Source: an uncultured Gemmatimonadales bacterium (GTDB taxonomy: Bacteria > Gemmatimonadota > Gemmatimonadetes > Gemmatimonadales > GWC2-71-9). From it: a DNA stretch of 64,000 bases. Of the stretch, positions 41,328 through 51,891 are shown one piece after another. The stretch lies in NCBI GenBank assembly GCA_963821525.1, contig CAWGED010000019.1, forward strand, positions 800,001 through 864,000, in the 5' to 3' direction. Position 1 is the stretch's first letter. Every line of letters begins with the position of its first letter. A program made the translations under genes and the position numbers. The notes beneath the pieces were generated by a model, which did not search any database, was not told the DNA's origin, and worked only from the letters and a program-made list of their open reading frames with translations.

Positions 41328-43741
41328 GTCGCGGCGGCCTCCTCGGCGTCCATCACGACTACTCGGTGCCGGCACCGGAGGCAGGTCAGGGTTTCCCCCT
41401 CTGCCTTGCTGATCTTCTTCTCCATCCCGACCCAACCGCAGCTCGGACATGTCTCGGGTACCGGACGATTCCAGGTGGAGAAATCACAAGCCGGATACCG
41501 CACGCATCCCCAGAAGGATTTGCCCCGCTTGGTGCGCCGCTCCGCCAGATCCCCTTCGAGACATTTGGGGCACTTCATCCCCAATGGCATCGAGCGCGTG
41601 CCCTTGCACTCCGGATAGCGAGTGCAGGCGAGAAACTCGCCGAAGCGGCCGGTCTTGATCACCATCGGCGCGCCGCACAACTGGCACTTTTCGTCCGAAG
41701 GCCGGTCCGGTGTCTTCTGCTTCTTGAGCGACTTCACGTAGTCGCACGACTTCTTGTAGTTCTCGCAGGCGAAGTAGGGCCCAAAGCGTCCGGTGCGGAG
41801 CTCGACCCGGCTGCCGCACTTGGGACAGCGCTCGCGGGCCAGCTCTTCGGACTTGAGACCGTGTGCCTCCGCCACGATGGCGCTCAGGTTCACGGCATCC
41901 AGGGCTTTGGTAAACGGCCCATAGAAGTCCTGCAGCACCTGCTGCCAGCCCAACTCCCCTTCTTCAATCTTGTCCAGCTCCGTCTCCATCTCCGACGTGA
42001 ACTCGACGTTGAAGATCGAGGGGAAGCTTTCCACCATGATCCGCTCGACGGTCTCGCCCAGCTCGGTGGGCGAGAATCGCCGCTGCTCCAGGCGCACGTA
42101 TTCGCGCGCGGTTAGCGTGCTGATGATCTGCGCGTAGGTGGACGGGCGCCCGATGCCCAGGCGCTCGAGTTCCTTCACGAGGCTCGCTTCCGAGAAGCGC
42201 GGTGGCGGCTCGGTGAAATGCTGGTTGGGAGTGATCTGACGGACCTCAACCCGGTCGCCCACGGCGAGCGGCGGGATGGGTGGCAGATCGTCCATGGACT
42301 TCCCTTCCTCGGCCTCGCGACCCTCGAGATAGAGAGTGTGATAACCGTCGAAGACCAGCACCGATCCCGTCGCCCGCAATAGATAACGGCCCAGATCGAA
42401 GTCCACGACGGTGACATCGTACACCGCCGGGTTCATCTGAGAAGCTACGAACCGCTGCCAGATCAGCTGGTAGAGACGGAACTGGTCGGGTTCGAGGTAA
42501 GGCTGGACCTGCTCCGGCCGGCGGCTGACGTCGGTCGGACGAATCGCCTCGTGGGCGTCCTGAGTACGAGCGGCCTTCGAGGTATACGTGTTCGGCGATT
42601 CCGGGAGATACGGCTTGGCGTAGTTCTTTTCGATGAAGCCTCGTACCGCGGCGATCGCGGTGTCGGAGACTCGCACCGAGTCGGTCCGCATGTAGGTGAT
42701 GAGACCGACCGGTCCCTCCTCGCCCACATCGATGCCTTCGTAGAGGTCCTGCGCGGCCCGCATTGTCCGCCGGGAAGAGAAGCCCAGCTTCTTCGCCGCT
42801 TCCTGTTGTATAGTGCTGGTGGTAAACGGCGCGCCCGGCCGCTTACGACGCTGCTTCTTTTCGACTTTGGAGACGATGAACGGAAGCTTCTCCAGCTCCG
42901 CGACGATCTGCTTCGCATCCTTCTCGTTGGTCAGGTGCGGGTTGTGCCCATCAATCTTCTTCAGCTCCGCATCGAATTCCTGTCCATTCTTGGCGCACGC
43001 CGCCTCGATGGTCCAGTACTCCTGCGGCTTGAAGGCGCGAATCTCCCGCTCCCGCTCGACGATCAGGCGGAGAGCGACGGTCTGTACTCGCCCGGCGGAG
43101 AGACCGGTCTTGATGCTGTGCCAGAGGATGGGGCTGGCCTTGTAGCCCACCAGACGATCGAGAATCCGGCGTGCCTGCTGTGCCTTCACCTTGTCGTCGT
43201 CAATGACGCCAGGTTCGGCGACGGCCTTTTGGACCGCATCTTTGGTGATCTCGTGGAACAGGACCCGGTGGAGGGGTGCTTGGGTATCGAGCTGGTCGGC
43301 CACGTGCCATGCGATCGCCTCACCCTCGCGATCGGGGTCCGTCGCCAGGTATACGGCACGCGCCGTCTTGGCAGCGTGCTTCAGCTCGTTCAGGGTCTTG
43401 GTCTTTCCTTTAATAGTGACGTACTCGGGCTGGAACCCGTTGTCGACATCGACGCCGAGCTTCCGGGTAGGAAGGTCCCGCACATGCCCGATCGTAGCTT
43501 TGACATCGAACCCCCGGCCCAGGTACTTGCCGATGCTCTTGGCCTTGGTAGGGGATTCCACCACCACGAGCGCATCCCCCTTCCCTCCCACCGCACGGGT
43601 GGGTTCGGGCTTACGGGTGCGCTTCCGAGGCTTGGTGACCGCGGAGGGGAGTGCCTTACCGTTGCCTTCGGCGGCCGGCTTCGTCGCGGCTTTCTTCCGC
43701 GACGTGCGCCTGGCCGCAGTCTTGGTTTTCTGCGTTGCCAT
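41324..43741 (-). CDS. topA: DNA topoisomerase I
   Basis: [33 protein letters not shown]-terminal zinc ribbons. Confidence 0.98.
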   Translation of the reverse strand: MATQKTKTAARRTSRKKAATKPAAEGNGKALPSAVTKPRKRTRKPEPTRAVGGKGDALVVVESPTKAKSIGKYLGRGFDVKATIGHVRDLPTRKLGVDVDNGFQPEYVTIKGKTKTLNELKHAAKTARAVYLATDPDREGEAIAWHVADQLDTQAPLHRVLFHEITKDAVQKAVAEPGVIDDDKVKAQQARRILDRLVGYKASPILWHSIKTGLSAGRVQTVALRLIVEREREIRAFKPQEYWTIEAACAKNGQEFDAELKKIDGHNPHLTNEKDAKQIVAELEKLPFIVSKVEKKQRRKRPGAPFTTSTIQQEAAKKLGFSSRRTMRAAQDLYEGIDVGEEGPVGLITYMRTDSVRVSDTAIAAVRGFIEKNYAKPYLPESPNTYTSKAARTQDAHEAIRPTDVSRRPEQVQPYLEPDQFRLYQLIWQRFVASQMNPAVYDVTVVDFDLGRYLLRATGSVLVFDGYHTLYLEGREAEEGKSMDDLPPIPPLAVGDRVEVRQITPNQHFTEPPPRFSEASLVKELERLGIGRPSTYAQIISTLTAREYVRLEQRRFSPTELGETVERIMVESFPSIFNVEFTSEMETELDKIEEGELGWQQVLQDFYGPFTKALDAVNLSAIVAEAHGLKSEELARERCPKCGSRVELRTGRFGPYFACENYKKSCDYVKSLKKQKTPDRPSDEKCQLCGAPMVIKTGRFGEFLACTRYPECKGTRSMPLGMKCPKCLEGDLAERRTKRGKSFWGCVRYPACDFSTWNRPVPETCPSCGWVGMEKKISKAEGETLTCLRCRHRVVVMDAEEAAAT

Positions 43742-43863
43742 GGCTCCTAAACTGACGACTTCGTTTCTCCGGAGGTACTACCCAGATCGCCCACAAGAAA
43801 ACGCGGGACCGGGGGGGTTGGCAAGGAGAGAATTTCTAATCCATTGTACTACATACACTTATT

Positions 43864-44382
43864 CTACCACCCTGCGCGGTCTTTCGCCAAAGCGACGATG
43901 TCATCCGCCAGCTGAGCCGCCGATTTGATGTCGGCTTTGATTTCGGCGTCGGCCTTGACGTAGTACGGTTCCCGCTCCTTGAGCAGGGTCCGCATCCGCT
44001 CCATCGGATCCTCGGTGGCCAAGAGAGGCCGGATTCCGGAGGCCTCCGCCCGCTTGGCAGCGGTAGCGACCATCGTCTTGAGGTAGATGATCAGGGAGGC
44101 GGCCTTGGTCGCTTCCAGTGCCCCAGGTTGGGAGATCCACCCTCCACCCGGGGAGATCACGGCCGGCGGTCCGCCCAGGGCATTCACCATGGCCTCCCGC
44201 TCCAGCTCCCGGAACTTGATCTCGCCATGTTCCGCGAAGATCCGGCTCACCGGCATCTGCATCTTCCGCACGATGATGCTGTCGCAGTCGACGAACGCAG
44301 CCCCGAGCCGTTCCGCAACCAGGCGTCCCACCGTGGTCTTGCCGGCCCCGGGCAAACCAACCAGAACGATGTGCTTCTTCAT
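43864..44382 (-). CDS. aroK: Shikimate kinase
   Basis: GLPGAGKTT, GE..FR..E, GGG, RPLL, R.PYY. Confidence 0.93.
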   Translation of the reverse strand: MKKHIVLVGLPGAGKTTVGRLVAERLGAAFVDCDSIIVRKMQMPVSRIFAEHGEIKFRELEREAMVNALGGPPAVISPGGGWISQPGALEATKAASLIIYLKTMVATAAKRAEASGIRPLLATEDPMERMRTLLKEREPYYVKADAEIKADIKSAAQLADDIVALAKDRAGW

Positions 44383-45596
44383 GGCGACAATGCTCCCCAT
44401 CGTGCTGCCAGGTTCTGCAAATAGGCGGCGAAATTGCGTCGGATCTCCCCGAGAGAATCGCCGCCGAATTTTTCCAGAAACGCATCCGCCACTACCAGCG
44501 CGGTGAGCGCCTCCGCAATGACTCCCATCGCCGGCACCGCTGTGACGTCGGAGCGCTCGCTCTGCGCGTTGGCGGCCTTGCCCGTCGTCAGATCCACGGT
44601 CGGCAGCGGCGACATGAGGGTGGAGATCGGCTTCATGCCGACCCGGATCACCAGCGGCTCGCCCGTGGTGACGCCGCCCTCCAGCCCACCCGCGTTGTTG
44701 CTGCGCCTGCGATATCCTCCGCGAAGCGCGGGATCCGGCGCGTTGGTGCCGGGAACCGCATCCGCGTCGATCGGATCATGCACCTGAGAACCCGGGCGCC
44801 GGGCCGCTTCGAAGCCCATTCCAATCTCTACCGCCTTGACCGCCGGAATCGACATCAACGCGCCGGCGAGGCGCCCATCCAGCTTCCGGTCCCAGTGCAC
44901 GTGGCTTCCCAAGCCCACCGGGAGTCCCCGCACCACAACCTGCGCTTCACCCCCAAGAGTGTCGCCATCCTTCTTCGCCTGATCGATCCGGCGAATGATC
45001 TCGGCTTCGATCGTCCGATCCAGGACTCGGATCTCCGAATTGTCGGCCGCCGGATTGAGCGGGACCGGAAGCGACGCGACCGGGGGTACTTGAATACCAC
45101 CGAGCGACACGATGTGGCTCCCGATTTCCACTCCGAACTCTTCCAGCAGGCGGCGGGCGAGTGCGCCGGCGGCCACCCGAGCGGCGGTTTCGCGCGCGCT
45201 GGCCCGCTCCAGAATGTCGCGGGCGTCCTGCCGGTCGTACTTCAGTACTCCGACCAGGTCGGCGTGGCCGGGCCGCGGCCTCGTGAGGCGACGCCGTCTG
45301 ACATCGCCAGGCTCACCCTCGGCCGCCATCACTTCTTCCCAGTTCGCCCAGTCGCGGTTGTGGATCAGCATCGCGACTGGAGTGCCCAGCGTCTCTCCCG
45401 CCCGGACACCGCTCAGCCATTCGATGCGGTCCCGCTCGATCTTCATCCGGGCACCGCGGCCATATCCCATCATCCGGCGGGCCAGCTCCTGGTCAACCTG
45501 TTCGGCCACGACCGGCAGTCCGGCAGGGAGCCCTTCGACGATTGCTACAAGGGCTTTGCCGTGAGATTCACCGGCGGTGAGAAACCGCAACGCCAC
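44379..45596 (-). CDS. aroC: Chorismate synthase
   Basis: TAGESHG, RPGHAD, ERASARETAARVA, NNAGGLEGG, ERSD. Confidence 0.97.
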   Translation of the reverse strand: MALRFLTAGESHGKALVAIVEGLPAGLPVVAEQVDQELARRMMGYGRGARMKIERDRIEWLSGVRAGETLGTPVAMLIHNRDWANWEEVMAAEGEPGDVRRRRLTRPRPGHADLVGVLKYDRQDARDILERASARETAARVAAGALARRLLEEFGVEIGSHIVSLGGIQVPPVASLPVPLNPAADNSEIRVLDRTIEAEIIRRIDQAKKDGDTLGGEAQVVVRGLPVGLGSHVHWDRKLDGRLAGALMSIPAVKAVEIGMGFEAARRPGSQVHDPIDADAVPGTNAPDPALRGGYRRRSNNAGGLEGGVTTGEPLVIRVGMKPISTLMSPLPTVDLTTGKAANAQSERSDVTAVPAMGVIAEALTALVVADAFLEKFGGDSLGEIRRNFAAYLQNLAARWGALSP

Positions 45597-45617
45597 CTCG
45601 GTACCTCCCTATAGCAT

Positions 45618-45644
45618 GCGAGCCCGACACGACGTCGGGCTCGC
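45618..45644 (-). terminator. Perfect 11-bp hairpin downstream of pilQ
   Basis: GCGAGCCCGAC-5nt-GTCGGGCTCGC; lacks a U-tract. Confidence 0.5.
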
Positions 45645-45679
45645 GTAGGTCCGGTCGCCCGGACGACACACCGCCAGGC

Positions 45680-47440
45680 TCAGCTCTGGCCGTCGTCGAT
45701 AATACGCGGCGTAATCAGAATAATCAGATCGCGGCGATGCTCCTCGTTGGAGGAGAACCCGAACAGCTTGCCCACGATCGGGAGATCGACCAGGAGCGGG
45801 ATGCCGGACCGAATCTGATTCACTTCGGTGACGGTCAGGCCGCCGATAACCGCCGTTTCGCCATCGGCCACCAGCAGCTGGTTTTCCGCGTTCTGCTTTC
45901 TGATGGTGAAGCCCAGGTCGGCGGCGGCCAGAGTCCGGATGTCCGACCGCTCGGCAACGACCTTCATCAGCACCTGGCGGTTGTTGGTCACGTGCGGGGT
46001 GACCTTCAACTTGATACCGGTCTCCTTGAAGTTAACCGTCGCCTTCGGCGGTCCCGCCGCGCCGCTGGCGCCCGAGCTTACGTCGACCACGCGAACCGGA
46101 ACGTCCTCACCGACGTTGATGAAGGCTTCGCGGTTGTCCAGCGTGGTGATGAGTGGCTCCGCCTGCACATCGGCCACTTCCACCCGCTGCAGCGCCTGCA
46201 CGAAGGTCGTGAGATCGAACCCGCCGATGGCAGTCCGCCAGACCACTTCGAGGGCCGGGCTCACGATGAGCGCGTCGGCATTGGCGATGCCTGCCACCGA
46301 CTCACCGCCGACCACGACTGTGTTCTTGTCGAAGGGATCGCCCGTCGCGGGGTCGGTCCGTTGCACCAGCTTGTTGAAGAATACGTCGCTGCCCCCCAGG
46401 TCGTAGCGCAGGCCGAGGCTCTGGACGTCGGTCCGGTCGACAAAGATCAGCTTCGACTGGATCGAGACCTGCGGGGTGCGGATATCGAGGTTCTTGACGA
46501 AATCCGCGACCTCGGCCACCCGGCTGCGGGTGTCGGTAACGATGAGCGAATTGGAGGTCGTGTCGGCCACTACCTTGCCGCGCTTGGTCAGGATGGCGCC
46601 GATGCTCCCGATGAGCGAGGAAGCGGTGACGTAGTTGACCTGGACCAGCCGGGTCTGCAACGGCTCGATCGAATCGAGCGCGGCTAGCGCGCTGGGCGAG
46701 TCGACCCGGATGATGCCGCCGGGCAACTCGATCGCCTGCAGTCCCTGAGTGGCCAGCACGGCGGAGAACGCCTCGGGCCAGGGCTGATTCTTGATTTCGG
46801 CCGAAACGGTTCCCTTGATATCCTTGCCGAGGACGATGGTCTTCCCGGAGAACGCGGCGAAACCGGCGACCACGTCCGAGATGTCGGCCTTGTCCCAGGT
46901 CACCGTAATCCGGGGCTGCTGCTCCGCATGGGCGGCCGTAACGACTGGCGCCGGCGGCGTGACCTCGGGCTCCGCTGCGGTCGGGCGGATATGCTCCGCC
47001 GGTGGCTTCAGCTCGGAGGGGGCGGTGCTGGACCAGGCGAGGAAGCTCCGGTCGGCGCCGAAGCTGATCCGGACGTCGTCACCATCCCGCTCAACGCGAT
47101 AGTCGCGCTGTTCGTCGAGATAGATCGCGACCCGGACAACGTCGGGGCGGAACTGGGAGTACCGAACGTCGGAGACGCCGGCGCGGTTGATTCCGTCGTA
47201 GGTGGCGCCCGAGGCCGACAGCGTCGCGCCGAGGACGTCGATCACCAGACGGTTAGGCTCGCGGAGGACGAAGTCCTTGACCTCCACGGCCCCGCGAATG
47301 TTGATCACGATCTCCGCACGACCCGGAGTCGGGACCACGCTTACGGCGGTCACCTGGCCGGTTGGCGGCGGAGCCGCACGGCCGGGCGTCGCTCCGACGA
47401 GCGCTGCCGTTGCGAGGGCGAATAGAAGCTTACTCGTCAT
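45680..47440 (-). CDS. pilQ: Type IV pilus secretin with AMIN domain
   Basis: PNRLVID (AMIN), LD..TPQV.I, V.DGETAVIGGL, GIPLLVDLPIVGKLF, LIILITPRI. Confidence 0.92.
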   Translation of the reverse strand: MTSKLLFALATAALVGATPGRAAPPPTGQVTAVSVVPTPGRAEIVINIRGAVEVKDFVLREPNRLVIDVLGATLSASGATYDGINRAGVSDVRYSQFRPDVVRVAIYLDEQRDYRVERDGDDVRISFGADRSFLAWSSTAPSELKPPAEHIRPTAAEPEVTPPAPVVTAAHAEQQPRITVTWDKADISDVVAGFAAFSGKTIVLGKDIKGTVSAEIKNQPWPEAFSAVLATQGLQAIELPGGIIRVDSPSALAALDSIEPLQTRLVQVNYVTASSLIGSIGAILTKRGKVVADTTSNSLIVTDTRSRVAEVADFVKNLDIRTPQVSIQSKLIFVDRTDVQSLGLRYDLGGSDVFFNKLVQRTDPATGDPFDKNTVVVGGESVAGIANADALIVSPALEVVWRTAIGGFDLTTFVQALQRVEVADVQAEPLITTLDNREAFINVGEDVPVRVVDVSSGASGAAGPPKATVNFKETGIKLKVTPHVTNNRQVLMKVVAERSDIRTLAAADLGFTIRKQNAENQLLVADGETAVIGGLTVTEVNQIRSGIPLLVDLPIVGKLFGFSSNEEHRRDLIILITPRIIDDGQS

Positions 47441-48279
47441 GGGGTCTCTGCCTCCCGTTTGCGCATCGACAGCGTTTCCTGTCGCTCGAACCCGATGTCT
47501 TCCACCGTGAATACCACGTCCTGCTGCCGGATCTGTGCCACCTTGAGGCGGCCGACCTGGTCTCCTACCCGCAGCTTGTAGCGCTTACCCGAATTCTTGT
47601 CTCGCAGCACTGCGACGCTGTTACTGGAGCGGCGCAGGTCGAGATAGATGCCCAGCAGGATGAGGTCGGAAAACTCGGGGCCGACCTTGGCCGTCGAGAT
47701 CAGAGAGACGAAGGGATCGCGAGATCCACCCGCGTAAGTGAAGGTCTCCCGCTGCACCTCGGTTTCCCGGGTCCGCTGGAGCGAGTCACTCCGGACGGAA
47801 TCGGCCCCGGCCTGGCGCAGCGAATCCTGACGCGCCAGCTCCGCCTTCGTCTTCAGCGAGTCTTCCTTCGCCTGCTCGCGGGCCTTACGGGCCGAGTCGG
47901 CACGCTGCACCGCCAGCTGCTTTGGCGTGAGCTTCTCAGCCGCGGGTGCCTCGGTCGTCGGCGAGGGCGCAGTCGCCAGACCCGCCGGCGGCTTGCCGCA
48001 CGCGGTGAGGACTTCGGGACGGATCATGCCTTCGGGCGGCTGCACGGCGAGCTTCTTCTTGCCCGCCGCGGTCTTGCCCATGTCGGTAATGATTGAATCA
48101 GAGCACGCGGTGTAGCCGACTCGCGCGAGCGAATCCACCATCCGGGTGCTGTCGCGTTTGGCGCGGACCGCCGCCAGGTCAACGGCGGCATCGGCCTCAT
48201 CGTTCTTCGCGCCGCCGCCACACGCGGCCGCGAGGAGCACGAGGGCCAGGAGCGAGCGCCGCAGAGAATCAGGTGCCAC
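47437..48279 (-). CDS. PilP-like lipoprotein
   Basis: Lipobox AAAC, RDPF motif, GDQVG; sits between pilO and pilQ. Confidence 0.7.
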   Translation of the reverse strand: MAPDSLRRSLLALVLLAAACGGGAKNDEADAAVDLAAVRAKRDSTRMVDSLARVGYTACSDSIITDMGKTAAGKKKLAVQPPEGMIRPEVLTACGKPPAGLATAPSPTTEAPAAEKLTPKQLAVQRADSARKAREQAKEDSLKTKAELARQDSLRQAGADSVRSDSLQRTRETEVQRETFTYAGGSRDPFVSLISTAKVGPEFSDLILLGIYLDLRRSSNSVAVLRDKNSGKRYKLRVGDQVGRLKVAQIRQQDVVFTVEDIGFERQETLSMRKREAETP

Positions 48280-48901
48280 TGGCTTCTCCCTCCGAGCTCG
48301 CGGTTTTGACGAAGGTGCGGATCTGGAAACGGGCTTCGAGTAGCGATCCGGTGGAATCGCCGAGAACCTTGGCCTTAGCCACGTCGACGACCGACAGGGT
48401 CAAGTCGACCGGGACGATGATGCGCTGCAGGCTGGCCACGTCCGAGAGGAATTCGCCCAGCTGGTCGTAGCGGCCCATGATGGAGTACTGGTAGCGATAG
48501 GTCTCGAACGGCGCGGGACCCGGCTCCGTAGGCATCGGCAGGAACTGCGCAACCGTGACCCCGCGGATCTTGGCGCGGGTGGAGATCTCGTCCATCAGGT
48601 TGGCGACCTCGTTGCGGTCGGGGACCAGCCGACGCATGAGCTCGAGACTCGAGCGATACCCTTCCAACCGGCGGCGCAGATCGTCCACGCTTCCCTGCGC
48701 CAGGATCTTCTTGGCGCTGTCGGTGAGGGCGACGAGCGAGTCGATGGTCTTCTTCCGGGCGGCGATGGTGTCCTTCGCCTGCGTGATACCCGAAATGCCG
48801 AGCATCTCGAGGCCGGTGCCCGAATATCCCATGTACCCGAGCAGCAGGACCACGAGGATGATCAGGAGCGGCGTTGTGCGCTGGTTGCTGATAGCGGCCA
48901 T
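48269..48901 (-). CDS. pilO: Type IV pilus assembly protein PilO
   Basis: N-terminal TM, coiled coil, LVP..EV..L, G.Y..LG.FL.DVASL.RI. Confidence 0.88.
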   Translation of the reverse strand: MAAISNQRTTPLLIILVVLLLGYMGYSGTGLEMLGISGITQAKDTIAARKKTIDSLVALTDSAKKILAQGSVDDLRRRLEGYRSSLELMRRLVPDRNEVANLMDEISTRAKIRGVTVAQFLPMPTEPGPAPFETYRYQYSIMGRYDQLGEFLSDVASLQRIIVPVDLTLSVVDVAKAKVLGDSTGSLLEARFQIRTFVKTASSEGEASGT

Positions 48902-48903
48902 GC

Positions 48904-49584
48904 TTACCTCACCGACTGGCTGAGTGGCACGGTCCGGATATACGCCGAGTCCGCCTGCTTGAACTCGGCCTGGATCGTGAATTTGGTGACTGGGCGCTCC
49001 AGCTCGACCACGGTGGCGGCTTCGAGCGGCGTCACGTTCTGAAGCCAGGGCGAGGCCTCGAGCTGCCGGAGGAACCGGGTATACGCCTGGAGATCCATGG
49101 TGCGGCCTTCCATCCTGAACTGCATCGGCCGATCCGTCGTGTCCGCCGTATCGGCGACCGCCACCGCGCCCTGGACCGCAAGCAAGGTGAGCCAGGTGTA
49201 GGGCGGGAGTGACTTCGCGACCTCATCCATCACGTGGGGCCAGATGTAGCGGTTGCCATCCACCGAGCGGATGGTGTGGATCTGGGTCAGGAGCGAGTCG
49301 CGGATCTGCTCGGCGCGATGCTTCTGCTGCAGCAATCCCTCAAAACGCTTGTGCTCGTCCTGGACCTGCTCCAGCCGCGGCCCGAGGACAGCCAGCTCGC
49401 GCCGGGTCGAGCCGAAGCCCCAGATCAGGTACCCACCGACCACGACGCCGACCACAGTAGCGGCGAGCAGCATGGGATCCTTGACCCGGGTCCCCAGCGC
49501 CCTGAACCGCTCGACGAATTCCTTGCCACCGCCGCCGGCGCGCTTGCGCTTCTGTCCGGGACGGAGATTGACGGTGATCATCAT
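48904..49584 (-). CDS. pilN: Type IV pilus assembly protein PilN
   Basis: ITVNLRP (INLLP-like), TM, LPP..WL, L..SPW. Confidence 0.88.
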   Translation of the reverse strand: MMITVNLRPGQKRKRAGGGGKEFVERFRALGTRVKDPMLLAATVVGVVVGGYLIWGFGSTRRELAVLGPRLEQVQDEHKRFEGLLQQKHRAEQIRDSLLTQIHTIRSVDGNRYIWPHVMDEVAKSLPPYTWLTLLAVQGAVAVADTADTTDRPMQFRMEGRTMDLQAYTRFLRQLEASPWLQNVTPLEAATVVELERPVTKFTIQAEFKQADSAYIRTVPLSQSVR

Positions 49585-49606
49585 GGATGTGGCTCCGGGC
49601 CTCGGA

Positions 49607-50650
49607 TCACGCCGCGTTCCTGAGCGCCAGGCCAATCGGCAGCATCAGGAGCGGTGAGACCTCGTCGATGTTCATCGTTTCAAAGACCCCATCTGCCACC
49701 CGCAGCCGCTCGACCGGGCTAGCCAGCTCCACCGGAAGACGCAGCCGGTCCCCGAGCACCTTGTTCAGACCCGGAATCCGGCCACCGCCGCCGGTGAGCC
49801 AGAGCCGCCCGATGCCACTGGCCGACCGGCTGGCCGACTGGAGGAAGGCGGCGGCGCGCTCGATGCCGACAGCCAGCTCTTCGCCACGGGTCTCGAGGAA
49901 AGGATCCAGGATCTCACTCCGCTCGAAGCCCTGCAGCAGCTGATCCGCTTCCTCCGCGGACAGGCCGCGCTCCCGCTGAATGTCCTCCCGGAAGCGGCGG
50001 GTGCCGACCGGCAGGTCACGGGTAAGAACGGGAACCCCGTCCTCGAGGATGTTGATGTTGGTCATCTCGTGGCCGAGGTTCACCAGGCCGACCACACCCC
50101 GCATGGCATCGGGGTAGTTCACTTCGAAGGCGTTGTGCAGCGCAAAGGCGTCCACGTCGATGACCGCGGGGGTAAGCCCCGCCTCGGCCAGCAACGCCAC
50201 CTTGTTCTCGACTAGTTCACGCTTGGCAGCGACCAGAAGCACGGTCATCTGGAGACCCTCACCGGCGGGATCCAGGATCTGGAAGTCGAGCTCGACGTTC
50301 TCCATATCGAAGGGAACGTGCTGCTCCGCTTCCCAGCGGATCACCTCGCGAGCTTCAGCCTCGCGCATGCGATCCATCGCGATCTTCTTGATGATCACGT
50401 CGCGTCCACCCACCGCGATCACTACCTGCTTGGCTTTGATTCCTGCAGAAGCCATCAGGCCCTTGATCGCGTCGGCCACGATCCCGGGGTCCATGACCTC
50501 ACCCTCGACGATCGCATCGTCCACCACGCTGGTGTACGCCACCTTGGTGAGGACGGGATCGCCGGCGCCATGGGAAATGGCCACGAGCTTGATCAGCCCG
50601 GAACCAATATCCAGCGCAACGGTCGTCTTCTTTCTGCTGAAGAGGCCCAT
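49607..50650 (-). CDS. pilM: Type IV pilus assembly protein PilM
   Basis: ALDIGSG.IK, EAEQHVPF, VLLVAAK, VIDVDAFAL, LTGGG, IGLALR. Confidence 0.95.
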   Translation of the reverse strand: MGLFSRKKTTVALDIGSGLIKLVAISHGAGDPVLTKVAYTSVVDDAIVEGEVMDPGIVADAIKGLMASAGIKAKQVVIAVGGRDVIIKKIAMDRMREAEAREVIRWEAEQHVPFDMENVELDFQILDPAGEGLQMTVLLVAAKRELVENKVALLAEAGLTPAVIDVDAFALHNAFEVNYPDAMRGVVGLVNLGHEMTNINILEDGVPVLTRDLPVGTRRFREDIQRERGLSAEEADQLLQGFERSEILDPFLETRGEELAVGIERAAAFLQSASRSASGIGRLWLTGGGGRIPGLNKVLGDRLRLPVELASPVERLRVADGVFETMNIDEVSPLLMLPIGLALRNAA

Positions 50651-50687
50651 AGTTGCCCGGCGTGACTTGAGGTGGAAACGGTAGGCT

Positions 50688-50716
50688 ACGCTATTATGCG
50701 CGCCTGCTTTTGTCAA
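50688..50716 (-). promoter_or_regulatory. Sigma70-type promoter for pilMNOPQ
   Basis: TTGACA (50711-50716), 17-bp spacer, TAGCGT (50688-50693). Confidence 0.6.
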
Positions 50717-51209
50717 GCTTCCAAAATGCTTTAAGTCTGTTATACCAAACTGTTAGTACGAGAGACTTTACGTACTCACTGATGAGACAGAGCTTGAAGC
50801 CATCTGTCGGACCGAGACCGTACAAACTCTGCAGAGCAGTTCTTCAAAGTTACACTGCTGTCACGACACTGCTGTAATCGGCATTTCTCGCTTCCCGCCA
50901 CCAGGTTTTGGAGTCCCTGTGCGAGGGCTCGTCGTGCCCACCGCGAGATGCCTTTGCAACTAGTCACACCCAGCGCGCTTGAGGGGCAACCCAAATGCCA
51001 TGGGGGAGAAAGAATGCCGTAACCGACTGATAATGAAGGAGTTAGCGTTGTGATCCGGCGCACGATCCCCGGACCAAAAGTGCTAGATGCCTCTTGGAAA
51101 TTGCCGGAAGTGCCTTATCCCGAAGGAGTTGTGCAAGACCAAAATCAGGGCTCCAAACCCGGGAACAGCAGAGGAAATCACACCAACTCCCTGGTCACCT
51201 CGTAGCCTG

Positions 51210-51241
51210 AAAAGAAGAAGGCGGCGGATCGCTCCGCCGCC
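51210..51241 (-). terminator. Rho-independent terminator of pilin copy 1
   Basis: GGCGGCGGA-GCGA-TCCGCCGCC then TTCTTCTTTT. Confidence 0.85.
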
Positions 51242-51268
51242 CCCTCGTGTTGCCGGTGCCGCGCGACC

Positions 51269-51694
51269 TTACCAGCAGGCCGGGGCGCCTTCGTTGGTCA
51301 CCGCCGCATTCGGCGCATTCGCCAGCGGGCCGGTGAAGATGCCGCAGTTCGTCGGGGTACTGGTCACCGCCGGGTTCGTCATCGTGGCCTTCCAACCGGC
51401 CGCGTCAACGTAGGTCAGGGCCAGCACGTTGCCCTTGCTGGGCACGAACGAAACCTTGCCCGCGCCGCCGGTGCCGTTGGTCTGCGCCGTGCTGACCGTC
51501 GAGCCGGCGTAGTCGTTGTTATCCGAGAAGAACGCTTCCTGCGCCGTCACCAGGTTCCGCAGGTCCGACTTCATGGACGCCACGATCGCCTTCTGCTTGG
51601 TGTTGGCGAACTTCGGGATCGCGATGGCAGCCAGAATGCCGATGATCACCACCACGATCAACAGCTCGATGAGCGTAAAGCCTTTGCGGTTCAT
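51269..51694 (-). CDS. pilA: Type IVa major pilin, copy 1
   Basis: KG/FTLIELLIVVVIIGILAAIAIP prepilin motif, C-terminal Cys pair, RBS. Confidence 0.93.
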   Translation of the reverse strand: MNRKGFTLIELLIVVVIIGILAAIAIPKFANTKQKAIVASMKSDLRNLVTAQEAFFSDNNDYAGSTVSTAQTNGTGGAGKVSFVPSKGNVLALTYVDAAGWKATMTNPAVTSTPTNCGIFTGPLANAPNAAVTNEGAPACW

Positions 51695-51773
51695 AAACTC
51701 CTCTCCTGTTTGCGTAAGGTAACCATCTGCCGTGGCCGCCGAGGCACCGGAGATTTTCGATCACCTTCGAGAA

Positions 51774-51790
51774 AGCAACCCCAATGCCAA
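51774..51790 (-). promoter_or_regulatory. Sigma54 -24/-12 promoter of pilin copy 1
   Basis: TTGGCATTGGGGTTGCT (GG-N10-GC). Confidence 0.75.
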
Positions 51791-51891
51791 CCCTCCCTCA
51801 GAAACCTAAGTAATTTCAGAACAAAAACTTACGGACTCCGGCGCTCCCGCAGGCTCCCCGGCAAGCCACTCGAGATCTTGAAAATTGCCAG

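Noticed and set aside
50776..51200. Small ORFs or an ncRNA in the AT-richer pilA-pilM spacer
   Set aside because: No RBS-supported ORF with plausible composition and no recognisable RNA fold; it reads as promoter DNA.
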